DNA from: the human T2T-CHM13v2.0 reference genome, Homo sapiens
Direction: 5' to 3' (one strand)
DNA: 64,000 bases
NCBI RefSeq assembly: GCF_009914755.1
Contig: NC_060932.1
Shown here: positions 14,301 to 26,625 of the stretch, piece by piece
Layout of the letters: every line of letters starts with the position of its first letter
Numbering within the stretch: the stretch's first letter is position 1
The notes under the pieces: generated by a model
Told to the model about the DNA's origin: nothing
The model's input: the letters and a program-made list of their open reading frames with translations, nothing else
The model's database searches: none
Made by a program: the position numbers and the translations under genes

Positions 14301-14524
14301 GACTCCATGTTCAAAAAGAATAAAGACAATGAGTTTTATGTCATATGCTCTCTAAATAGAAATATTTAGAGTATTTTAGGCTGTGATCTATTGTGTCACT
14401 GGAGTTTGCCAAACAAGATGAAAAAAGAGAAAAGAAATAGGATGGAGAGAGAAGAGGAAAAAAGTCTTATAAAGTATTTCTTGTTCAAAGTTCCCAATTA
14501 GAAAACAGTCACACTCATACACTG

Positions 14525-14790
14525 AATATGTTTGTTATGCACGACAGTGCTGTACATAATAACAAAAGATTGGTTGCAACCCCTCAATAGAGGGCTAGCT
14601 ACATAAACTATACAGATACTGTACAGTTAAAAAGACAATCAGGAAAGCCTTTGTGTCCCAATAAGGAAACTGAACAAAGCAAGGGGTAGAAGAATACAGA
14701 TATCATCCTGTCATGCATGTACGAAATGAAGAAAAGAGACCATGCCTTGTTTTATCGTTTTGATGTTTAAACATCTGAGTGCACCACCTA
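14525..14790 (+). mobile_element. L1ME-like 3' end fragment
   Basis: 'cataataacaaaagattgg...caatagaggggctagctacataaactat', 'aaagcaaggggtagaagaatac'. Confidence 0.45.
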
Positions 14791-15604
14791 TTTAAAACAA
14801 CAAGTCTCTCTCTGTCACACACAAACGTTCCTAATTTAAAAGTATACTTCCCTGATTATTGCATTTCCTTTGTGTATGTTCCATTCTTCACATTTCGATA
14901 TGAATTAACCCACATATACAAGAAAACATTATAGTTTTAAGGCCATAGATCTAGCAAATATCAAACAGAGAACAGTAGGAAAGAAGTAATAACACGGTGA
15001 ACATTTCCTGCTTGCATTTGGGTGGTGCAGTGGTGTATATGAGTCTGTACATACATAAAACAGAATTAACATTGTCTCCAGCTCTCCTCCTCTCTGGCCC
15101 ACCACAGAGAGACTGTCTTTGCTGCCTGGTGTGAAAAATACATAGAGGAAATACCAAAGACAGTGACAGACCAGGTTGATTTACTTTGCAAAGAGCACAG
15201 ACTTGTTGGGGGAAGGTGTATAATTCATGCCGAAGTTGAAGAGACCAATGAGAAAGAAAGGAAGAAACACAGCTTGTTGATTGCATGCAGAGAAATATTT
15301 GAAGGATTGCTGCCATGAATGCTGTTTTTCTTTTCTTTCTTTTTTGGTTGACAAATCGGTGGTTGAGTATTTTACTATTTTTTTCTTCTTTTTTAACTGT
15401 TTATTGCATAGAAACAAACTCTAAGGAGTAGATGTATAGACACATATACATACACATTCACAAAGCATTTCACATAATATTTTCTAATTTTATCATTGTA
15501 ACAAACTTTTAAAAAGCACCCATTTTTAAGATAAGAAAAGGATCAAAGTAGTTAAGTGACTTTCTCACTGTGCCGCAGATAATATTGGGAAAAGACAATT
15601 TACT

Positions 15605-15800
15605 CATTTAATAAATATATATATTGTAATATACTTATTACTTATATATTTACTAATATATAAACAAATACACATTACTAACATACTTATTCTATTTATT
15701 GTATTAATGTATTAGTAATATATGTATTTATTACTAATAAATATGGTAACCATATTTATTAAATATTAAACATATTTGGTATATTAGTAAAATGGTATAC
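15605..15800. repeat. AT-rich low-complexity tract
   Basis: Directly visible (TA/TTA-rich). Confidence 0.8.
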
Positions 15801-15874
15801 CAAATTGGCCATGGTAGGCGACTTCTCTCTCTCTCTCCTCATGGGGGAGAGAGCTCACTCTGGGCCACGTTCTT

Positions 15875-16240
15875 TCGTTTGCTCTGAGAGACAAAGATAA
15901 ACAGGAATGCGGCCTGCCTTCGAGGAGCTCACATTCTAGCAGAGAAAGACAAGAGTCCAGCCCACATGTGCTGCGGAAGAAGCATGGGTGGCACAGGAAG
16001 GCGCAGGGGCACGCTGCTCGGTGCTGCCTGATGGCTGGGGCATGGCTTTATGGACAAGGTCACCTGGAGCTGGCCTGGAAATCATGCAGGCCCTCCGAGG
16101 TACATGAGACAGATGTGAAGAGTATCTCTGCCAGAGGAGCTTTGCAAGTATAAAACACCTGGATGCTTTAAATGGATTGTATGTACCTGGTTCAAAAAGA
16201 GAAGCGATAAGAGAGGGTGCTCTTAGGGCCGTGAGGAGGC
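15875..16240 (-). mobile_element. L2 LINE fragment
   Basis: 'gacaaagataaacagga...cctgccttcgaggagctcacattctagcagagaaagac' is a characteristic antisense L2 3' region. Confidence 0.65.
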
Positions 16241-16299
16241 AGTGCAGAGACTCAAAAACACGTTTCTCTCTCGCCAAATCCCATCTCTGACCGCGATGA

Positions 16300-16378
16300 C
16301 AGCATCATTCAAACTTTAGTGTGCCTAATATCACCTGGGGCGCTCTTCTCAGGGACCACACTTAGCACAGTGTCTGGG
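16300..16378. mobile_element. Internally deleted MER5-like hAT-Charlie MITE
   Basis: Start 'tcaaactttagtgtgcctaatatcacctggg' and end 'ggaccacacttag' resemble the two MER5A termini. Confidence 0.5.
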
Positions 16379-18124
16379 CTGAGGGTGGATGCTCTGTGAC
16401 CTATGAGAACAAAAGGGAACAGAGAACAGAGGCAAGTCTGCCGGCCCTGGCTTGGCCACCATCCAGCCCCTTTACATCTGTAGACCTCCATTCCTTTTCA
16501 GCATTTCCAACGTGAGGGTGTTGCACCCAGCAAATTGCTTCCAAATCTTGATTTTTCTATTTGTGTTTTTGTTTTTTGTTTTTCCAGGGGAATTGTTAGT
16601 GTTGTTCAGAAACTTCATGCAACAGGAATATATGAATAGCTAATGGTTGAATTATTCTGAAGGGAGTAGGAGAGGAAATTCTAGAACTTCTCACAGCCCC
16701 CACTCCCTCCTGAGGCATCAGCTGAAGCCCTCAGGAAGGTCCCCGAGCTCTTTTGTGTGGATCTAATGCCCACCCACACCTAAAAGAACCAACGCGGCGC
16801 CACGGAGGAGACGTGGAGCGCTGCGAATGTCTCGGCAGCGGGGATGAGAATGCGTTTAAGAACAGGGCAACAGTATGTAAGCTCATTGAAATGAGGGTGG
16901 TTAGACATTTCTCCATAAACCGTGATGGGACACTATTCAGGCAGAGTGGATGGTGTCTGAAAGTGTAAATGCAAAAATTTTCCCCACAGGACGACACAGC
17001 TAGCCCTATAACTGAAATGAAGTAATTCTGCCAGACCAGAGTTCTCCATGAGGTCGGGCACTGTGAGTATTTTGCTCAGCACTGCAACCCCGTTACATAG
17101 TACAGCGTTCCGCATTTTGTAGTTGCTTAATGACTGTCTTTTGAGTGACAAGATGTGATGAAAAGGAAATCAAAAGCAAATATATTCAATTAAAATATAC
17201 AAAAGAGAAAAAGTAGAAAGTCCAAGTCCTTTATATCACACAACCACCCTTCCCAAGTGGGAAGAAATGAGTCCAGGAAGATAATAAACAGTAAGCAAAT
17301 AAAGCTAGTATACTTCCTACCCAAGAGTCTGTCAGGCTGTTCAAGAGCCTGGGGTGAAGGTAGATTAGACTGTGCCTCACGCAAGTTATGAGAACATATT
17401 CCAGGTAACTGCCAGAAGAAGCGCATAGCATGTCCACATGTCGAATTCACACGCATCTGTAAGTGACAGTGCTGATAAACGATTAAGTCTGTAAACTGTT
17501 TCATACTTTCTCATTGAAAATGATGAATTAAGAAATGAAAGCAGCTGAGACATAGTTGGAATTACTTGGTACGTAAGCCGCATAGTTTAGGATTGGTATT
17601 TACTTTGACCTACAAGGGAAGCCTTGACTATACATATTCACTAACATATCTCCTTCAGGGGCTCAGATATAGATCCTAATTTTTTGGAGGTAGTAGGTAA
17701 AATTTCATTCGGCCGTTCCTAAAAAAATGTAAAGACCCTATACAAAGGAGAACATGACTTACAACACCCACAACAGGGAGACTTGAGATCGTAAAGGGGC
17801 TACGAGAATGTATTCATGAGAAATAGTATTGAAATGCAAATCAAGCTCCCCTAGTAGCTAATCTAATTCATCACCTGCCATGGTTATGATTTAGGAAACA
17901 GCTACAGGTGGCTAAAGAGCATTGACTTGCACCAACAGATGACAAGGCATTGATGCCTAAAAGTCGGGATAAAGCTCACAAATCAATACGTTGTGATTCC
18001 TTCTTAAATGTGTAATTCTCAAAGGAGAAGAGTTTATGTTGATGATAAAATAACTATTAAAACAGTGAATTGTGAGCCATCCACTTCTGACATGCTCATG
18101 TTATATTGGCCACGGTTACCATGC

Positions 18125-18185
18125 AGCTAGCACAGAGTTGGTGCTCAACAGACATGGATGATTAAGTGAATAAAAACGAATGACT
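18125..18185 (+). mobile_element. L2 3' terminus
   Basis: 'ctagcacagagttggtgctcaacagacatggatgattaagtgaataaa'. Confidence 0.5.
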
Positions 18186-18884
18186 TAAACTGAAGAGAAA
18201 TTGAAGTGCAATAGGAAGAAATAGTGGAATTAATTTTGAGAGAAATACTAAGACAGCTGCCATCTATTAACAATTAATACTTTTGTTAATGTAAATAGCG
18301 ATCCACTTTTTGTCAACTTCGGAGTTTTAAGGCAATTATAACTTGAACCACTTTCTACCTGTAATCCCATGTCCTTCAAACCAATTTAGTCACTGGTGGT
18401 TTTAAGATCTCACCTACCTGGCTATCATTCATTAATTGCTCCATCCATTCACTCATCTGTTCCTCCATCCACGCATGCATTCACTCACAAATACGTGCAA
18501 CTTTATGCCTCTTTGTCTTTCCCTCCCTCCATCTCTCTATTCCTCCATCTCCTTTCCCTGACTCCCCTGGAAATTCTTGAAAGCTGACTGCTGCTTTCTC
18601 TTTACTTTTCATTCAAACCAGAAACTCCTTCACCTCCACAAACAGACACAGCCATTTTCCTCTCAAACCAGGACTTTGCCTGGGAGACCACATGGCAAGG
18701 TTTGCACTGTGGAGAAACTCAGAACTGCCCCTTTGCTCTACATTTTCTTAATCTTCAGAAGAGCCTTTTAGACTCTGCTATGAGGAACCATTTGAAATAC
18801 ATTACTATTGTAACATGTTGTAATTATAATAATGATGACATAAATAAATCCATAGCCATAGAGAAAAAGAGCCCATATCAAATT

Positions 18885-18990
18885 GGGGAAGACAAGGAGA
18901 AGAGGGAGAAGAGGAAGAGGAGGAAGGGATGGAGGGAGGAAAGGACGGAGGGAGGAAGGCAGGGAGAAAGTGAAGGAGGAAGGGAGGCAG
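18885..18990. repeat. GA-rich (GGA/GGAA) purine tract
   Basis: Directly visible. Confidence 0.85.
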
Positions 18991-19694
18991 TAAGCCTGAT
19001 TCAAATAAATATGTCAGAATTGTTAGCAAGCAACATGGAAAATGGACTCAGATTTCCTTCTCACACGTTTATATGATACTGAGAGAAAGAAAACAATTGG
19101 CCATGGTGCTAATAGGAAATGTCTAACACCCATGGCAATTTCCATCCTACGTTGTAATGATAATATAATTCAGTTGGTCTCTCTCCTAAGAGGACTTTTC
19201 TCCCTGTGCTGTTTTTCACTTTAACTATTAAACTAGCGAGCGTTTGATGTTTACCTACTTTTCTGGGTCTTGGTATCTGCACACCCACTGAGCTTGTAAA
19301 AAGTCATCATTTCCTGAAGAAAATCACTGCGCTAGTCTCACATGCATTCTTAGAAACAAAATAATGCATGTCTAAAGCAACCATTCCCTGATCTAAGCAA
19401 AAATAACAAAAGTCTTCCTCTTCTTGAAAAATTTTAATCCTTACACATTTTATCTTTGTTATTTGTGGGCTGTCAAGAAAATGCCATGTAAGAAAATGCA
19501 GATGTGTGTTTTACTTCAAAGCAAATGCCTCCTCCCACTCTCAGAAGCAGGAACATTCCTTCACCACGCCATCCGACTTCCATAGCCAGATGCTTCATTA
19601 CACAATAAAGTCAGTGGGCTTTCTGTACAGACTGGAGACATAAATTTGTGCTCAGTTGAAAAGCATTGATTGAGCCAGATTTTGTGGACTTTCT

Positions 19695-20260
19695 TATTCA
19701 TTCAAATCGATTTATTAAAAGTTTCTTAGACATCTTTCACAAAGAGAGCACTAGGCTGATGAAGAAACAGGGAGGATGAAGATGTGGCTCCTATGGTTTG
19801 AGTACCCTATGTTCTTGTGGGACAAGAAGTATAAACCAATAACCTTCCTCCCAGCAAAATATAAGAAATGCTTAAGTATGAAGGGCTCCGTGAGAAGCAG
19901 AGGTGAGTCAGAGGTTAACTGTCCAAAATCCAGGAATTCTTCCCATAGAGATATCGGAGGTATACCTCGGATTCAAGGTAAAATCATTACAGGTGTAGAT
20001 AGTGGAGTGAAGCATCCAGGTGGCCTTTGCTTTAAGACCAGTCAGAATAGAGGCTGGGAGAAGGAGAAGATGACAAGGTCAGAGTATGAGTTAGAGCCAG
20101 GAATGGAAGTAATTTAATGCCAGAAAAATCTGTTTAGGCTTTAATGAGTGAGCACTGAAGATTTCTTAGCAAAGAAATAACATCATCTGGGTTGTGTTGT
20201 TGGAAGATTTTGGAAGCAGAGGTTTCTGTAGATGTGGGATGAATTTAAATTATGTTTAAA
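19695..20260 (-). mobile_element. L2 LINE fragment
   Basis: 'ttattcattcaaatcgatttatt', 'gagcactgaagatttcttagcaaagaaataacatcatctgggttgtgtt'. Confidence 0.55.
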
Positions 20261-20329
20261 CCGCTGATGTGTCTAATTCATAAAGATTTACGGGATAAAA
20301 TTTCAATACTAGAGGACTATTGTAATTAT

Positions 20330-20540
20330 TAATACCTTATATTTGTAGAGTGATTCATAGTTAAAAACAAATGTTTATGTGTAGTGTCTCATATATTCAC
20401 AATAACCAGTGAAGCAGGCAGCATTATTTCCATTTGTAAATAAAGGAGAAACTGAGTTTTGGTCATGTAGCAACTTTCATATATGTCATAATTAGAAGAA
20501 ACAGGACCAGAATCCAGGGATTCTAAAACCAAGATCTCTT
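20330..20540 (-). mobile_element. MIR SINE
   Basis: 'cacaataaccagtgaagcaggcagcattatttccatttgtaaataaaggagaaactgag'. Confidence 0.7.
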
Positions 20541-21031
20541 GTGAAATCAACAGCTATATAAATTAGGTATCAATAAATGAGGAAGGAAATAAGAGCCTGA
20601 AAATAATGGTAACACTATAATTTAAATAACGTAGGTGTCAATTTTAACAAATCAATGCTTTTACTTCTGCTCCGTTTGAACACATACTTTCATTTTCAGA
20701 AAAAAAAATAGGAGTTAACTTAGAATATAAGAGAAAGATTAACAGGTGAGACCAACCCCAACACTTTGGCCAAATTCAGTGCCATTCTCTCTGAAATATA
20801 ACATGAAATCTAGCACATATAGGTTTTCTAGTTTTATATTATCTATTTTATTATCAGACTATATTGGTGTCTGTCTGAAGACCTTGTTTGCACTACAGGT
20901 GCCTAAATCTTCAGGGGGATGAACTCCTGGATTTAAGGTCAGAGTGCTTTTCACAAAAGCCACTGTACGTACTTGACTAGCAAAGTCATAGAATTTAGAA
21001 TCAGAGTGAGTTTTAAAAGAAAACCCCTTTG

Positions 21032-21643
21032 GAGGAGGCAGAATTTTAAGATGCATCTTCCAATATTCTGCTTCCTGGTGTACACAAACCTTGCCCCAGT
21101 TACACTAATCTGGGTGCTGATGTGAAGGGAATTTAAAGATGTAATTAAGTTCCCAAATCAGTCCTCCTTATAATAGGGAGATGATCTGGGTAGTTCTGAC
21201 CTAACCTTATCAGCCCTTTAAAAGCAGAGGGTTTTCTCCTGCTGGCTGCAGAACAAAACGTCAGAGAGAGACACCCTGGCTGGCCTGAAACAAATCAAAC
21301 ATGTCATGAGCTATCTACAGGGGCCACGTGGCAAGGACTGCAGGCAGCCTCTCCAAGCCAAGTGTTTCTCAGACAGCAGCCACAAGGAAAGTGGGACCCT
21401 GAGTCCAACAAGTGCAAGGAAATAATTATGTAGGCAACCCGTAAGCTTGGAAGAGGGCTCTAACCACCAGAAGAGAAGCACACCACCCAGGACACCTTGA
21501 TTTCAGTTCAGCTCTTTGGAACAGAGAATCTAGCCATGTCTTTCCTAGATTTATAATGAGCAGAAACTGTGAGACGATAAGTTTGCATCATTTTAAGTAG
21601 CTAAGTTTCTGGCAACTCGTTATATAGTGATAAAGGAGGAATA
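21032..21643 (+). mobile_element. MLT1E-like MaLR solo LTR (within a MIR)
   Basis: 'ggcagaattttaagatg', 'gatgtaattaagttcccaaatcag', 'gggccacgtggcaaggactgcaggcagcctct', 'gaaactgtgagacgataag...ctaagtttctggcaactcgttat'. Confidence 0.8.
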
Positions 21644-22380
21644 CCCTCTTTATTTTTTAAGTAATAAAACAGGCCAAGAAAGATGTCATTATTTGATTCG
21701 AGGTCATCCAGTCAGCTAGTGACAGTTCTGTAAAACTCCAGTTTCCTGACTCTTGGTACTATGGTTTTGTTCTTCCCTCCTTTGGGGCACGCAGAGGTTT
21801 CTCGTGGTTTCACACCCCTTTAAGATAGTTCTTCCCAAACTCGATCTCTGGTGGCGCATATTTTACCTATCCTCCCTCTCCAACCAAGGCCCGAAGCTCT
21901 TGCCACACCTCTCCTATTGGACAATGCCCAGGATCAGAGCTCTCTTCCCTCTTCCCTGCCCTATTGTCAAATCCTAACACATTGCACAAGGCAGTTTCAG
22001 AATTGTGTTGTGTACCCGTCCCAGCTGGGAGCACTTTAAGAACCAAAGGTGGTGGAGATGGCAAAGTGTTTCAGAGTCAGACGATGGTCCCAGATCCATT
22101 CCATCACGTTTCCTCTCTCAAACTCCAAAATCAGGTGTCTGACATGCCCTTCCACACCTATACAGTAACTATTATTGTAACCTTCTTTTTTCTCTAGTGT
22201 TCTCCCTTGATTTTCAGTTTCTACATGGGCACTCCTGGTATCTGGTACTTTGCTGATAGACTCATTTCCAGGATCGCCACAAATAACCTCTGTGGCTTTA
22301 ATTACCCAGAAGCAGTTCATCCTAAGGACACCACATTAACTGAGAAGGGTATGAATCTATACGTATTAACAGTTACAGTT

Positions 22381-22611
22381 CTCGAGAGCTTGTTTGGAGG
22401 TTCTAGCAGGGGAGCACAGCTACTCATATACCCTTGACAGAAGACCAGTCACCCTCTATTGGGGATGGTCATCCTCTTTGACCCAGCATGCAGCTTCAGG
22501 AGGGATGCACATGGAGTGGAGAGGGAGGAAGGGGTCACCTGCCTAGCCAGCCAAATCAACCCTGGTGATTAATGGGGTGACAGATGTCACAGCCAGATCG
22601 CCCTCACATCC
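22381..22611 (-). pseudogene. RN7SKP: 7SK snRNA pseudogene, 3'-truncated (about nt 1-240 of 7SK), no poly(A)
   Basis: Reverse complement reads GGATGTGAGGGCGATCTGGCTGTGACATCTGTCACCCCATT...CCCCTGCTAGAACCTCCAAACAAGCTCTCGAG, i.e. the 7SK 5' portion with CpG decay and a ~9-nt deletion in the 5' hairpin. Confidence 0.95.
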
Positions 22612-24078
22612 TGTGCTTAAAAATGCCTGTTAGCATGCCCACATAATATTGCTTGAATGAAGAGTTACAATGTATAAAAATTGTTTTGATTATAATGCAT
22701 TTTTACATTTGCCAACGACAAATAAAAATGTGTATCATTAGATCAAGATTAAAATTACGTCTTTGAAAGTCATAAGGCTAACAGCTATCGGCTACATAAA
22801 ATATTATATCCCATGCTGGGAGACCAAAACAAGTGCTAAAATATAAGTGCAAGTTCCAATGAAATTTTGAGACTCCCTTAACGTTATTTATGCTCAAATG
22901 TGTAAAAACCAAAAGGTGTCCCATTCCAAGGAATTTTCATTGCCTCAAATTGAGATGTTAGGACCTCATATATATCCTTAAATTTTCTTAAGAAAGTTGG
23001 AACTTCAGTTACATTATCAATCTAAAAACATCTGCCAGTTGACCTCTAGATGAAGACATGAGTCCTAGTCACATTTGTAAATATGTACACATAGTTTAAT
23101 TTTCTTTTAAAGTTGGTAACATGCAAATTAACCAATAGAAACCTAACTGATTTGCTTTTATCAGCACATTTTAAAATAACAGCTAATCAAAGGGTAGACA
23201 TTCATCTTCTCTGAACAACAATACTTGCTTCATTAAGCAATATGTTGACGGCTAATATGATAAATTCAAATAACAAATACAAATTTTACAAGCCCTGATA
23301 ACGGAAGACATAAAAGAGCATATTTTGAAAAGGGTGATTGCCTCATATATATAATTTTTGTCACAGTTACTTGAAATACACATGAAAGAGCATTGATGTT
23401 GAATAAATGATAACAGTAATCAAACTTTAATATAATACTATGTATAAATAGGCTTGTCAAAAGAAAAAATATGAGTAGCAAAGTGGAAAGACTAGATAAA
23501 ATAATTCACTAAATGAGTGAGCAAAGTATTTAAACATTTTAATCCTTAAGAAACTTTTTTGTTAAAATAAGATAGGAATAAGAGATAGATATATTAACTC
23601 CCCATTTGAAATGTATATAACCGATTTTGAAGGTATCTTTCTCCATGTATCTACTGCTGCTAGAATAAATTATGCCTTTTCAGCAAGATATAATAAGTAC
23701 TTTTCCTTCTGATTTCAGTCAGTATTGTGCAAAAGTTTTGTGTCTTACAACCGGAAAAAGTTTAGTGTGAGGGACAGTGTTAAGCTGATAAATAAATGAG
23801 AAAATTCCAAGCCAAACTTTTGAGTTATAGTGTCCTGTCGCCTTTCTTCTTAGTCTTTAATGTCAGTGCTGGAACTTAGCTAGCATCCATTATTCCATTT
23901 GGTTTCTCAGTTCTGATGTCCCCAAATCAGTCAGTAGACAATTTGTGGTTAAATTATTTTAGATTATCTTATTTCTATCATAAAGCACAAAATGTATTTT
24001 TACAATTATCTTTCCCAACATCAACAGGGGTAATTATTTGCAGTCTCTAAAGAGGCCCTAGCCTCAAAGTACTTTCTT

Positions 24079-24467
<389 letters not shown>

Positions 24468-25567
24468 CTAGCAGGTCCCTGATAATAACACCCATGGAGC
24501 AGCAGTGCCTTGTGGGGGAAATGAGTGAGACTCATTGAGGACGTCAGATGCAGTGCCTCAAATGGTCTCATGAGGAGCCTCCGCTTAGGCTGGTTTCTGA
24601 TTTTGAGAGTAAATCTACATCACTAGCAATGCTGTATAACAGGAAATCTGTCAGTACTGGGGGCCAGTGTGTTAGACTTTACTACTCAGCCGTACAAATA
24701 GCTTCTCTAACATGAGGTCCCTTCTATGTCAGCCATGCAGCTATGTTTTCTTTCCTTTAATTACCCAGAGCATGTTTTCTTCAGTTCTAGTACAATACGA
24801 GAAATAAGTCTTGATTATGCCAGAGCATCTTGAATCTCCTATTTGAGATTTATAAGTACAAGATGATCGCTTTAGGAGATGGTTTTATTTTCCTTTTTCT
24901 ATTTTTTTTTTTTTTGCATTCTACAGAATGTTTAACACTATGCGTTACACACAATAGGTGCTCAGTCATTATTTGTTTAATAAGCAAATAAAAGACTCAC
25001 AATTTCTTAAATATTGAGAGTCCAAATGTAGCCATTTGTTATTGTACTTTTAGGTCAGCTTATTCAGGTACTAAGGTATTTTAATCTATCATAAATATTT
25101 CCCATTTAAGGTATTTCGTTATAATAGTGCCATTATTGGCATGGCATTTTGATAAATCTAGAAATATTACTCATTCTCTGAGATTTCTGTTGTCTACTCA
25201 AGACAATGGAACTGAAATATTGGTACTTTTACATATTAGAAAAATAGAATTATTCAAAAAGAAAAATATAACATTATAAAGAACATGTTTACAAATGGCG
25301 CCTATAAAGAACACTGTATAGGAAAAAAAAATGCTATCCATGAAGTGGAAACCATACGACATGATAGTTCATTTATAAACTGCTTTCTTGTCTGTTTTCT
25401 TTTGTAATCGTGGAGAAGGCATGGTTGGGTGACACTTTATTTACCCACTTCCTCTCAGCTTGTTCTTATAATTTTGAATTTCCTACTTCATAGTCTATCC
25501 AATGAAATCTACCCAACACCAAGGATAGTACCTTGAGAGTTAAATGCTCTAACTAAATGTTTACTGG

Positions 25568-25873
25568 TTTTTTATTTTTATTTATTTATTTATTTGAAAT
25601 GGAGTTTTGCTCTGTCACCCAGGCTGGAGTGCAGTAGCGTGATCTCGGCTCACTGCAACCTCCGCCTCCAGAGCTCAAGCATTCTCTGCCACAGCCTCCC
25701 GAGTAGCTGGGATTACATGCACCCACCACCACGCACGACGAAGTTTTGTATTTTTAGTAGAGATGAGGTTTCACCATCTTGGCCACGCTGGTCTTAAACT
25801 CCTAACCTCGTGATCCACCCACCTTGGCCTCCCAAAGTGTTGGAATTACAGGCATGAACCACCGCACCCAGCC
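25568..25873 (-). mobile_element. Alu (AluS-like) inserted into the A-tail of an L1PA
   Basis: (TTTA)n tail, full antisense Alu ending 'caccgcacccagcc', directly abutting the L1 tail. Confidence 0.95.
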
Positions 25874-26179
25874 TTTATTTCAATTTTTAAGTTCTGGAAT
25901 ACATGTCCAGGATGTGCAGGTTTGTTACACAGGTAAACATGTGCCATGGTGGTTTGCTGCACCTATCAACCCATCACCCAATTATTAAACCCCCATGCAC
26001 CAGCTATTTTTCCTAATGTTCTGCCTCCCCCCACCCCACCCCTGACAGGCCCCTGTGTGTGTTGTTCCTGTGTCCATGTGTTCTCATTGTTCAGCTCCCA
26101 CTTATAAGTGAGAACATGCAGTATTTGGCTTTCTGTTCCTGTATTAGTTTGCTGAGGATAATGGCTTTCAGCTACATCC
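25874..26179 (-). mobile_element. L1PA (older, PA8-13-like) 3' end, heavily 5'-truncated
   Basis: 'gtgcaggtttgttacacaggtaaacatgtgccatggtggtttgctgcacctatcaacc...ctcccacttataagtgagaacatg'. Confidence 0.9.
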
Positions 26180-26449
26180 TGATTTGAATAGACATACCTA
26201 AGTCAGTCAAGATAAAGAGGTAAAATTGATTGTAAAACGGATTGAACAATGTCCTTGAAATAGAATAGTGTTAATAATAGATTTTCCTTCCCATGAAGTC
26301 TGATTTAAGAATCATATTAGTTAGTGGGGGAAAGAATAGCTAGCTTCTAGAATAGATAAATCCACAAAACCTGATAGGCTTAGAACAAAAGAATTCTTTC
26401 TTTCCCACAGAAAGTTGAAGAGAGATATTCCTGGTTGTCAGGTAGACTT

Positions 26450-26625
26450 AGAAGGTCCCAGGCTCCTTCCATATCATGGCTATGCCCCATGCTGGGGTTC
26501 AGAGTCCTTGCGTTTTGCCAGTGGGTAAAGAGAGCACACTCATGTCCATTTCCCTCCCACTGGCTAGGAACCAGCCATGTGCTGACCACACTCAAGAAGG
26601 GAGGCTGAGATAGGTAGAATAATCA
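26450..26625 (-). mobile_element. Old MLT1 (J/K/L-like) LTR fragment
   Basis: 'cccaggctccttccat', 'cccactggctaggaacc...aagggaggctgagataggtag'. Confidence 0.5.

Noticed and set aside
16794-16812. CTCF motif in the CpG patch (gcgccacggaggagac)
   Set aside because: Mismatches at core positions; much weaker than the 44161 site.
25874-26179. This L1 3' end as the missing tail of the 48652-49206 L1 (large rearrangement)
   Set aside because: Both fragments contain the same ~60-nt L1 interval with different substitutions, so they are independent copies.
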